Of a DNA stretch of 64,000 bases, positions 1 through 10,599 are shown piece by piece. Position 1 is the first letter of the stretch, and the number at the start of each line of letters is the position of its first letter. This DNA comes from Raillietiella orientalis. Its lineage: Eukaryota. The stretch spans positions 1,178,001-1,242,000 of the forward strand of contig JAYWIR010000021.1 of the NCBI GenBank assembly GCA_036172245.1. Reading direction: 5' to 3'. The notes beneath the pieces were generated by a model. The model searched no databases. It was not told where the DNA came from and was given only the letters and a program-made list of their open reading frames with translations. Position numbers and translations under genes: made by a program.

Positions 1-139
1 CATTGCTATGATTTCAGGTTCACGAAAGGAAATGCGGCGGGGAGGGGTGGGGGTCGAGGATTTTCCACGTCTCCCACCAGCTTCCACGCTTTCTCGATCT
101 GTCCAGCTTCGCCGTCGCTGTCGTAGGTCTGGTCGGCAG

Positions 140-660
140 CAGGCGTTCAAGAGTGGGCGGTGTTGCTGTCGAGGTAGGGACTTATGTCGGACGGGATCAC
201 CCTCCGCCTTCTGGACCCTCGCCCGGCCGGCCGCTGGGAACCGGCCGAGCGTGCTTGCTTGGTTTCCCGGCACTATGCCTGGGGTCATTGATCACTTGGC
301 TTCGTGGATCTGTGTGCCTGGACGTTCGGGAAGCGACCCAGCTGGTGTGCTCTCACTAGATGCCCAGGTTGCGTCGGATGCTGGACGAGGGAGAAGGAGG
401 TTAAGCAAAGGAGAACCAGTTCTGGTCACCGCATGGGAAGACGTTCCTGGATGGTTTCCGTGGATTCACGGGGACGAGTCAACATCTCAGGACTTCTGGC
501 TGTCACCTTCGAAACATCCCCCTTGGCCTCAGCACGAATGATCGTTCGTTCTTCCGAGTCGCTGAGGTGTCGGTGAAGACCGCTCCTCATGGATCTTCTC
601 ATCACTTCATCGCTCGCGCTTCCGGAGAGATGAAAAGCTTGAAGCGGCTACTCATCGCGG
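140..660 (+). mobile_element. Possible degenerate LINE C-terminal (zf-RVT-like) fragment
   Basis: Frameshifted LLGFPALCLG...SVCLDVREATQLV / ALTRCP..W loosely resembles C-x2-C..ET..H...CP...W; weak. Confidence 0.3.
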
Positions 661-674
661 AGCTCTCCGGGTGA

Positions 675-715
675 GAAGAACGGATGACAGATGCAAGATC
701 TGTCATCCGTTCTTC
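675..715. repeat. Perfect 18-bp inverted repeat with 5-nt loop
   Basis: GAAGAACGGATGACAGAT-GCAAG-ATCTGTCATCCGTTCTTC. Confidence 0.95.
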
Positions 716-2079
716 CTACCCTCTGTCTTCTGTCTTAAAGTGTGCATGTCCATCACAGCTAATGTACAAAGCCCAAATTCCAATTTCTGTAGACTTTTAG
801 AGTGTACGCAATGACTGAAATCAAAGTGAATTTGCGAATGAACTCTGACGCTCCTCCCTCAGGGTGGTCGGATTTCCTCGGTTTAGCTGTCTTTAGCTGC
901 TTTTTCCCCTGAAGACCGCCATTTTCTCACAGGTGGACTGTGACCACGGGCTTCCCAAATTTTTCAGGAAGCTGCAGAAAGTCAGCAGGTTTCCCCCCAC
1001 AGGCCGGGTGGCTTCCATTTTTGGAACCTCCACGCAAACAGCGGAAAGGGAAAACTGAAGAAAAAACGTCCTAGAAGAGGCAAAAGCACACAGGGACTGC
1101 AAGTGCATTCGGAACGTTGCCATGGGGAGGAGGTGAGGCCGAGAGAGGGGGGGGAGGGAGGAATGTTCCAACAAGCCGGTGTTTCCCGATTCCTGTGTCC
1201 CCTAAGGACTCTTTCTGGCTCCCTCCTCCTTCGGGCACTCGGCGCTCGAGCCACGTGGATTTTTTCTTCGATTCATTCTTCGTGGCGAGTTGGTTGCAGA
1301 ACCACTGAGTGGTCTCTAATCGTCCACAGCCTATTCCCTTTCGGGCTGCTGTTGGCAGCAAACAAATTTCCCTGCCCTTGGAGTCATTTAGCACGTGATC
1401 ATCTGCTTCTAAAATTTGGAAATCCGTTGTTGACGCAGTTCATTTCCAAATGAAGAGGAAGGCTGCTTTCCGTTGTTTTTCTTTCCTCCAAGACATTTGC
1501 AAATAAGCATTTATCTCAAGCAAACAAAGGATTAAGAGTAAGTAGGCTTTTTCTCGGGAGGAAGCGCAGGACCATTCATTTCACCCGTGTGATCAGAAGC
1601 ATCCTATCGTATCTCAGCAGCCCGATTATCTAAAAGGCATCGAAGACCTCGAGTTATCTTGGAAGTCAAGGTCTCACGTACTTCCGAAACAGCTGGATGG
1701 GAAGCCACTGGAACCACTCTGCATTCTTCACAACAACTCAACGAGCGCCTCTATTTAGACAGCAGCACATGGAGATAAAACAGATAACTGGTCCGTCGCA
1801 AGGAAGACGAAGTCCCTTCTCGTGATCCTGAGCATGAGGAACCATATCCCCGTTTTGCTCCTTTTATTCCCAAGTCTTCGTCGGGATCGATTTCCAGATC
1901 GTTGTTGTTGTTTTTTGTCTTTTTCGTTTATTTGGTTTCTGTTTTTGTTTTTTGTTTTTTTTTTTTTAAAAAAAAAGAGGAGATGGTTCTTTGTTTTGGC
2001 CCAGACTGTGCATATCACCATTTTACTGATATTTTATCAGGAGAATCGCTGATCTCCTGTGTGGATGTGACACTGCACA

Positions 2080-2800
2080 GGTGGTCACGGAAACGGTGCG
2101 CTCTCCCTCCCGTCACTAAGCTTTTCCGTAGTGCGATTCAACCGCATGCTCGAGGAATGCCTGAGGAAACGGTTTCGTTTCCCTAACACCATATCCAAGG
2201 AGACTGACCCCCATCGGCGCCCCTTGCACGAGCTCAAGGGGCCGCCGCTGCTGCTGAAAGACTCTCCAAGCACTGGAAGGCGAGAGATTTCTTTGCAAGA
2301 CGGGAGATGTCGCTTCCTGGAGGCTGTGCAATGCGCCCACGGGTCACGACCCATCCACCATCGCTCCGATGAGGAAGCGGGGGAGGGCACACGCTGGAAT
2401 CTTCCTGTGGCGGAGCTTCCCGGCTGCTTTGTGAGGTCGTGCGGTGGATTTGACCTCCGTTCAAACCCGGCAAGCGGGGGTGAAATCAGCTGACCGCGAA
2501 GTCTGCTCCCCGTTATTGGAGCGAAGTTCGGCACGTTCCGCGGTGAACCGAGTCGCAAAGTCCCGCGGGAGGAGGAACACGACGTTCAAACAACGTGAGG
2601 GAGGAGCCGCCGACGGGATGGCTGTCCAGAATTGGGACAGACAGGAAGGAGAACGAATTTTCCCGGAAATTCGTCCAGAATGGGAGGAGGATTGAAGCGC
2701 AAACTTCCGGTACCTGCCCCAGGAGTGCCTCACCAGATGCTTCGTGAAAACTTAAGATTACCACTTCGCCTATAATTCACGGAAGGAGGGGGAGAGGAAC
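2080..2800 (+). mobile_element. Gypsy-like integrase 3' remnant with possible polypurine tract
   Basis: VRFNRMLEECLRK (cf. ERFNRTLK..LRK), PFKPGK..KSAPRY (cf. GPY/F module), then GGAAGGAGGGGGAGAGG near 2781-2797. Confidence 0.4.
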
Positions 2801-2949
2801 GGGTTCTCTCCCGGAGCATAGGGCTCGCGGAAAATCTGAAAAAAAAAAAAAAAAGGAAGAGGAGAAGAAAGCGGGTGTGAAGATGCGGAGCGCCGCCACC
2901 GGCCGTCGCGCTCCTTCGATAACAAGGAGAAAAGCAGCGACTGTCTGCG

Positions 2950-3400
2950 GTGCAGACTCCAAAGGCCTTCCCGATTTTCAACCTCGAAGAGCCGCGAAAT
3001 TCGGGAGGAGTCCCACGCAAAATTCCATTCTTTTCCATTACTCCTGTGGATCGACTGCAGGATGCTGACGTGAAACGCCTCCGAAGAAAACGAATTGCCT
3101 CGAATTCCTGGCTTGCAAATCGTGGAGGTGAAGACGTTCGTCAGGGGATTCCCGGAAAAGGCGGACGGGAGAGTGCCCGAGTTTCGGACGCGGGGTCCCG
3201 ACTGCGGCCTCGGCGAGCGTTCAGAGCGCGGGAGTGTTCCCCTCTGCGTGTTCCTCCCCACCTGCGACGCGACTCGGAAACGCTGCGACCGAGCGAGAGG
3301 GCAGCAGTGGTCAGCGCGCAGCCTGCCTGCCGGCTGCTCCGGTTCCTTGCTGCGCGCGCCTGAGGACCAACGCAACTGGTCCGGTGGTCGCTTCGCTGCT
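2950..3400 (+). mobile_element. Possible LINE ORF1 remnant
   Basis: IVEVKTFVRGFPEKADGR...RKRCDRARGQQWSARSLP resembles a decayed ORF1 RRM plus CCHC knuckle; weak. Confidence 0.25.
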
Positions 3401-3699
3401 GGACTCGTCTCCGTTAGCGCTTCCTGATGCGGAATGCATGACCTTGATGGGTCCTCCTCCGCGGGGAGATCGCGCTTATCACCTATGGCGCTCCCGGATC
3501 CGACGGCCTCTGCAGCAGACGGAATCTGTATTCGTCCGTTTGCAATCCACCGCAAAGCATCGGATCCGGGTATGTGGGGTCACCGATAAAGCGTGACGTA
3601 TCACTCGCTTTTTGTTCCGCGGCACATTTGCCTCTCCCGGTAGGAGAACAAAGAGGCACAGCATTTCGGCGGCTGCCAAGAATTCCGGCTTGTTTCCCA

Positions 3700-4700
3700 A
3701 TGCAGATTGCTTCCCTGGCTTCGTGGTCCCGACCGAATTCTCCTGGAGTCCGCAGGGCTTTTTTCTGCAGGCGAGAGAAAACGCCCTTCACTGCCACCTC
3801 GCTGGCTTGCGTATCCACGCGGAAGGGGGGAACTTTTCGAGTGGCGGACCTCCCCTGCAGCACGAGGTCTTCCTCATGGAAGACCTCGTGCTGAAGAGGT
3901 GCTTCCCAGAGGGTAGCACATCACTGCCACCTCGCTGGCTTGCACTTCCGAAGGGGCTCCACCCACCATTTTGTGGCATGCGGATCTCCGTCCACTGTCT
4001 CCCGATTCCCCTCCCCTTCCCTTCCAGAGAGCCTGTCGCGCATCTCATTTCCGGAAATCGGAAACCCGTGGGTGGCAATTCGGCGGGTTGTTCTTCGTCT
4101 CGCGCGACCTGGAAAAGGCGCTGGCCTTCCTAGAGCCACCGCGATGGCCAGGACGACCTTCACCCCATCCCGCCGACTCGAAACCACGATCGCGGATCAC
4201 GTCCACGACTCGTGACGGGAAGTTTCCCGCTGCTCCAATATGGAATGAGCCCATCCTTGCGTTTCCGTGGGAACGCGCCGTGCAGAGACATCCACACGCT
4301 CCCCTTCGGCACGAGGTCTTCCGCATCGATAGAAGACAGCAGGAAGCTGCGAGACGTGTCTCCTGGGTAACCCAGCAGCTCCAGCGCGTTTTTTTTTCTT
4401 TTCTTCCCGCGGCGTTCCCCCCATCAACGTTGTCATCGGGAGGCGCACCAGGAAAGAGGCATCCCCAGTCCAAGCGAGAAGATGCTTCGTCGCTTGAGGC
4501 GCTTTTTTTTCGGCTAAAAGAAGAGCTGGAGGGGAGGAGCTTCGAGCTTGCAAGGGGTCGGCGAGCTTCGCGCCTGCACGTCCACGCGGGGGGCAGTCAG
4601 TCCGCGCGAGGTCGAAGACGCATGGGGGAGGAGGGCGGAGGACTTGCCCTCCCCTTTGGTTCCTTCCGCGCATCCCCGAGTCCGCTTCGCGACTCTCCCT
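3700..4700 (+). mobile_element. Gypsy-like integrase remnants (zinc-binding domain plus core, partly duplicated)
   Basis: Ordered decayed motifs GLPRATAMAR...LETTIADHV (H2C2), PWER...PLRHEVFRID (cf. PWERVHID..GP..FL..VD), RHPQSKRE (cf. YHPQSNG), CTSTRGAVSPRE (cf. YRxTP..GxSPAE); extra RIHA..GPPLQHEVFL at 3810-3910. Confidence 0.55.
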
Positions 4701-5399
4701 CACTCTTCCCGTGCGTCCACCTCTCCCGGCGGTTCCGACGTCGAGTTCCCCGATCCCGGAGCGGAGGATGCGAGCAGCTGGCTTGACGTCGGCTCGGGAA
4801 CCGTAAGTGCGCCTCCGGAACCGGGAGCAAAGCAAAGCCAAACACACACAAAAAAAAAGGGTAGCTGAGGTTCTCCTCTAACACAATGAACACACCAGCT
4901 GAGATGTCTGGAGTGGAATCATCATCGAATTAGGCGTCGCGTGGGCATCAATGGACTGGAACCCCGAGCGCAGAGAATCGACAATAATGGATAACCTGAA
5001 TGGGGGGGAGAGGGGGGGATCTCGAACTTAGCGGCGGCAACCGGCGCTGTTGTTCTCGGTCGGCTCTCTCTCCAGGCGATGGGTCCACTCATAAATTTCG
5101 GGAGCGCGAAACCGGATGTCACGTCCAAAGATCGCACTAATGGGAACGGGGAAGTGCCCGACGGAAGAATCAGAAGCGGGCGAAAATGCAAATCGGGAGA
5201 GGCTCACTTCGCACCTCCCTCCCAGATGGGAGGCGGGTCGGCGGAGGAGCCTACGGCGACGCGGGGCAGCCCCGCCGCGGGACGACAGGACTCGACGGGT
5301 GCGAGCCGCGAGTGGGGACTCTCTTCCTCTGCCGCAGGAGGAACCCTGGTCTTCCCGACGGGCTGCTCGCGGAATTCCGCGGACGCCGCAGCAGCGGTG

Positions 5400-8300
5400 G
5401 ACGCTCCCACCATTGCCCCCACCCCCCACCCGGGGAAGAGCAAGGCCGGAGCGGACGACACGGAATGCGCGCACGGAGGGTGTAGATGGATGGCATCGGA
5501 GGTCGCAAGTCAGCTTCGCTTGGAGGCGGGAAGGAGCGACCCGCTGCGAACCGTCAAGTGGAGGGAGGTTTCCATGGTTTGCTCCCCTTGGCTGAGTGGA
5601 CGACCAGTGTCCAGAACCACATGCAGTTGGGGAGTCCCGCCCTCCGCTGCGGCGCAGGAAGCCTCGCAGGGTCGGCCACTTCCAGAGACGGATCTCTCTG
5701 CCCGCACACAGCGCGCCGAGATCTTCCCGGGAGAACCGCGACCGTGTTGGCACCAAGCGCTGCGGGTTTGAATCCCTCCCGGGGAAGGATCCACACCGAG
5801 AACGGAGCGGGGGAGGGAGGGGGAAGGATACGCGTCGCGGGTTTCGAGTTCCCCTACAAGATGACGCTGCTCAGCCTGTTCGGGTGCGGTGGCATCGGTG
5901 AAAGCAGCCGGAAACCCCCGGATGCCCCCGTTGACTGGTCGGGATTACAAGTCGACCCTCCGGGGTCCTTCCAGGAATCAAGGAGCCTTTCGGGGTTCTC
6001 TCCCCTCCGGTTGTGAAAGGGGAGCCGTCGAGTGCCATGGAGTGGCTGGTTGATTGATACCTCTCCAGAGTGTCAAGGAGTGCGCCGCTCCCTTCTTGGG
6101 AACGCCCGTCGGGGAGAATCGGGAAGCGTCCCTTTGGGGCTCTCTTCAGAGGAGGAAACGAGGAGCGAATCCTTTCCGGGAGGTCCCTCCGGAGAAGAAA
6201 TTCCAGAAGCGGGAATCTTTTCCGGGTTCCCTTCGGAGAAGAAACGAGGAGCGGCCCCCACGAACCGGAGGGTCCCTCTGGAGAGAACCAGGAAGAGGAG
6301 ACTCTCTTCGGGGTTCCCCTCCCAAGAGTGAGAGAAACGGGCTCTTCCCTCCGGAGTCCTCCTGGGTTCATAGGGAGGTCCCCCATGGGGTTACCTCCTA
6401 TAACTTGAAGATTTAACACGCACCCTCTGGTGGCGTGGAACGATGGTAAAAAACCGTTCGGCTAGGGGTTCACGAAGCCCTTTGACGCCCCTCCGCCGCC
6501 CGCGCCCGCGGGATGCTCGTGTTTCCGGGAAGCAAATCATTCCCGGATGCGCGCTGGAGCGTTCCCGTCGAAAGCAGCGCGCCGCGATCCTTTCTCTCCC
6601 TTTCCTTTTTTTTCCCCCCTTTTCCTCCGAAAGAAGCGCCGTGACCCGAAAAGTCCCGAAATGGGGACACGCTCACGGCAGCGCGCGAGCCAAGGGCTCG
6701 GGAGTGGGTGGGTGCGCTCCCCCGGTTGCTCGCCTTCAGCAGCCGAGAAGGCATGGATCTCGAAGATCCGATGCAGCTGCGCGCTCGCCCAGGGAAGGGA
6801 GCGAGGACCAAGGATGGGAGTGGGGGTGGGGGTGAAGGGGTACCGGGGCCCGCTCTGTGTGCCGGAGGACCGCATCTCCAAGGACGCGATTAGAGGCTCT
6901 CCCTGCGAGCGAACGACATGCATGGTACACACATCACGTGTCTGAATGTGTACGTCCGCGTACGCATCATCCCGCTCGTCATCCACCCCCCGTACGCCCG
7001 CACACGCATGCATCATGAATCACACGCATGCACGGCACGCGTCAGCAATGCGTTCCGAGCAGCCGCTCGCGTGCCGGCGCGTGCGTTCCGAGCTGCCGGA
7101 TTTCGGAAGGGGAGGGGAGAGGAGGGGGCGACCGAAACGTCGCCATTTGAGGGGGGGGGGGAGGAACTCCCACTGGCACGCGGAGGCGGTGCTGGAGTCC
7201 GGGACGGAGAAAACGCCCTGACGGGGAGGAATTCCACTTCACATCCGTTCAGACAGGAGCTCGGGATGATGACGGCCATTCTGGCCGTGCCGGCGCGCCC
7301 TCTCCCGCCTTGCTGCAGACCGGATCTCCATGAATGCAGTAGCATCAGCGCTCCGAGGGGATTTTTCATTACAAGAAGAACGCTGGACGCGCGCGCGTCC
7401 GCATAAGCGCATCCGGACGAAACGAGAAAATCCCCTCGTAAAAGGTCCCCTAATTAAACACTTGGCGTGCGACAAGACTCCTCACGGGAGCGGAGATCAA
7501 AAACAGGACCCCAGAAATGAGTTCGCCGTGGAGGAGGCTGGGAACGAGGCAAAGGCAAAGATCCGAGGATCGAACGCCGTGGAGGTGAGGGGCTGAGCGG
7601 ACGTGCCGCTAACGAAGGAGCAGGAGGGCTTCGGGCAAAATTTGCATCCCCCCGCAAGCGAGCGAACCGTCCTCCCCGCAGCTCTTCCATAGATGCTTCT
7701 AGAGCGCCCGCGGGCCCAGGGAGGTTGGGATCCACCCGCGCTCGGACGTGGGGGCGGAACAGCGCCCTGGCGAGCGAAACGACCGTCGAGCCAAGGGGAG
7801 GAGGGGAGCCGCACGGAGGAGCGCGTTTGAGCTGGCTGGAGAAGACCAGCGGTGCAGAAGAAAGGCGACCCGAAGGAAGGAGGGAGTCTTTCCCGATCGG
7901 AAGGGGAGCAAAGCTCACAGGCAGACACGTGGCTCCCTCCCAAGAGGCGGCGGTTGGCGCTTCTGTTTCACTGGGCCTCCTGTGCGACTCCCGTCCCGAC
8001 ATCACTAGACAGGGACAGGAAGTGGGAAAGGGGGATGACCCTCCCGAGCTGCAGCAGGTGCAGAGGACAAGAATTCCCTCCCGCATCTGATCGTGGACTG
8101 CGTTGCCCTCCGGCCCCCGTGGGAACGTTTTGCTGGGACCCTACTAGGCATCGCGCACGAAGGGGCGTCTCTGGGGCTACCTTAGAGGGTATCCCAGAGA
8201 TGCCCCTTCGTATGCGATGCCCTACCGCACCTGCCGCATCCCACGCGGGAACGTGGCCGTCGAGAGATGCGAGAATGAGAGGCACGCACCATCCACTTTG

Positions 8301-8480
8301 CAGTCCTGAGGATGGCATCGAGATGGCTCCATCCGGGAAGCCGCGATCCAGAAGACGCCCCGGAGCACCCCTTACCAAACCCTCCAAAGTTTCTTCTATT
8401 TATTTTTAATTCTATTTTCCCTTTCGTTCGCTCTCCTCCCCCCTGCCGCCGAGGTGACCCTCGCCGGCCCGCGCGGTGGA
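5400..8480 (+). mobile_element. L1/Tx1-like LINE, degenerate and internally deleted (family A)
   Basis: ORF1-like GRPLPE...IFPGEPRPCWH, ORF1 tail shared with other copies (5900-6410), APE-like stretch 6400-6910, zf-RVT CSRC..E-SLPHLIVDCVALRPPW at about 8050-8130, T-rich 3' UTR with the family motif at 8395-8470. Confidence 0.7.
6140..6300 (+). repeat. Degenerate ~44-bp tandem repeat (about 4 units)
   Basis: CCCTTCGGAGAAGAAACGAGGAGCG-like cores at about 6142, 6185, 6229, 6274. Confidence 0.75.
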
Positions 8481-9199
8481 GGTCCCTCCGCAGTTTCTTC
8501 GATCAGTGGACCACGTGGCAGGGGCGACGGTCCTGCCACATTGCCTTTGCACGTTTATTGATCGCAGGAAACGCCCGGCACGACCGGGTGAGAAGGCAGG
8601 CGCGGACACGTGGCACGTGAGTGGCTCCCGGCGCGGGCGCGGCAGGGAGGGCCGACTGATTCCCGGAGGAAACAGTGAAGAGGTCCGGCGGAGCAGAATG
8701 GGCGCCCGCCGAGCGCGTGGCTGCAGTGTGGGAAAAGCGAGGCCGAGCCAGGCGGGCGCTGGGCGCACGGAGGAAGAGTATGGGACCCAGGGAACTACCC
8801 AGTCCACGGCCAGGAGCCGACGGGGGATTTCCGGTGGAAACGTGCGCGAGCGATGCTTTGACGGACACGAAACGTATCGATCATCCGGTATCACGGGAGT
8901 TGGGAGGATGCTGTAGTCCAGTTTCCAGTGTGGCACACTTTCTAGGGAGCGCATTTCAATCCTTCCCGAGAGCCTAGCTGACGCGATGACAAATGAATGG
9001 GGGGGGAGGGGGGAGAGGGACGGAGAGAAGTCAGAACACGGGAGCTTTACCACTGATTGCCTTTTACGGAGGCATTAATCCCGGGGAGTAAACAAAGTCC
9101 TGGAGAAAGAGGGAAGTGGAATGGGAGGCAAAGTAGATGGAAGAAGAGAGAAAAAACGCTGCGATTAAATTAGAGATCAGAGACGTGGATTTTGAGGGA

Positions 9200-9700
9200 A
9201 GGAAAGAAAGTCAGACCTCGTGTGGAGCCCACGGGAGCACCAGCCGCATCTCCAGGACACCAAGGTGAAGACGACCTGATAGTCGTCTTCACCTTAGTCT
9301 CCAGATTGGCTCCCTCCCGCTCTCCAGATTTCCAGCCCGAGCGAGTCCGGCGGCCCCGTGCTCGCTCAGGATCCGCCCACGGAACGACGGGGCCGTCGCG
9401 TGGTGGAAGTCATGTCGGCCCGCGGGCGAACGCTCGTAGAAGGGAAATCCATCGGTCCCAGGTGCCATGGCAATACGCCGGCGAGGTGGGCAGGGGTAGG
9501 CTCGATGGTCTTTCGCTCAGCACCTCCCCAGGACAGACGACAGCATTTCCAGAGGGCACGGGGGCGCGCGCTCTCGTGTCCGCCGTTCCTTCGCCCTCGT
9601 GTGCGCCCGAGGCAAGAACACGCCGGCACTCGCCGGGACCCGAAGAAGCTTAAAGACTTGTCTCTCCAAGAAGGACACTGGAAGAAAGAGTCGCCCAAAG
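9200..9700 (+). mobile_element. Possible LINE ORF1 remnant
   Basis: RGRRVVEVM...TLVEGKSIGPRCHG...RGRALSCP resembles Tx1-type ORF1; weak. Confidence 0.25.
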
Positions 9701-10599
9701 CGCCAAGGGCGCTGCCTCCTCGCCCTTAGCCCGCACGGCCTTGGACCAACCACGGTAAATCGAACAACCTCCCGTAACCTCTAAGAGCGTTTCTGAAAGA
9801 AATCGCCACTCGTCACCGCGTACCTCCGTTCGTTCGTGGTTCATCTTATAATTTTCTCGCCCTCTTTTTTATGCGGTATGTAAGGCAGAGGGAGTGGAGA
9901 AGTGATGTGGTTGGATTCGGGTAGCCACACGACGCAAGCGTCGATCCGCGTCCCCTTCTTTTTACCCCTGCGTGGTCGTTTTGTTGCTTTCGCACGCTTT
10001 GTCCTTCCATTTCGTCAGCGCTTGCCGATGAAAACGATGGAGAAGAGCCGCTTGCTTCCGGGCCTTTCCTTTTCGGGGGAAAACGGGATGGGGGCGACAC
10101 AGGGAACGCTCGCATGCCAGTCGGGAGTCCGAATGGGGGAACGCTATCACTTCTCCCTGATCTTCAGCCCAGGTAAGCCAGGAAATGGCAGCGTCTCCAG
10201 CAGCGGCTTAGCGGACAACGCGGATACCGATCGCAACTTGGCTCCGCGTGCGGCCCATAAACTGATTGTCCACCCTCGAGCGGGGAAAGGCAATCTTTTC
10301 AAAAATTCATGGAGTGTTGCTCCTGTTCAATTGGTGATAAACTCCTGCCCATTCCTTTCCAAATAGAGTATTGCACGTTGCAGGAAGATTGGATCGGTGC
10401 AATTTTGAGGTTAGAGGACGCTACGAAGTTCAATATTTCTCTTCCCTTTGATTGCAAAGAAGATGTTAGCATTTTTTTTTTCTTTTTTTATCGTTCTTTA
10501 GCAAACCGACATGAAAGTAAGGGAAATTTCGAGAGGGCCATAAAGCCTTTATTTGGAACACGGAGTTGTCTTGAACAGCCACTCAGTCATTTCGAGGAA

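Noticed and set aside
1580..1700. QQPDYLKGIEDLELSWK resembling a mariner C-terminus
   Set aside because: Single short motif with no supporting upstream DDD motifs or TIR
9880..10020. Minus-strand NDHAGVKRR resembling an integrase H2C2 domain
   Set aside because: Too short and degenerate to call
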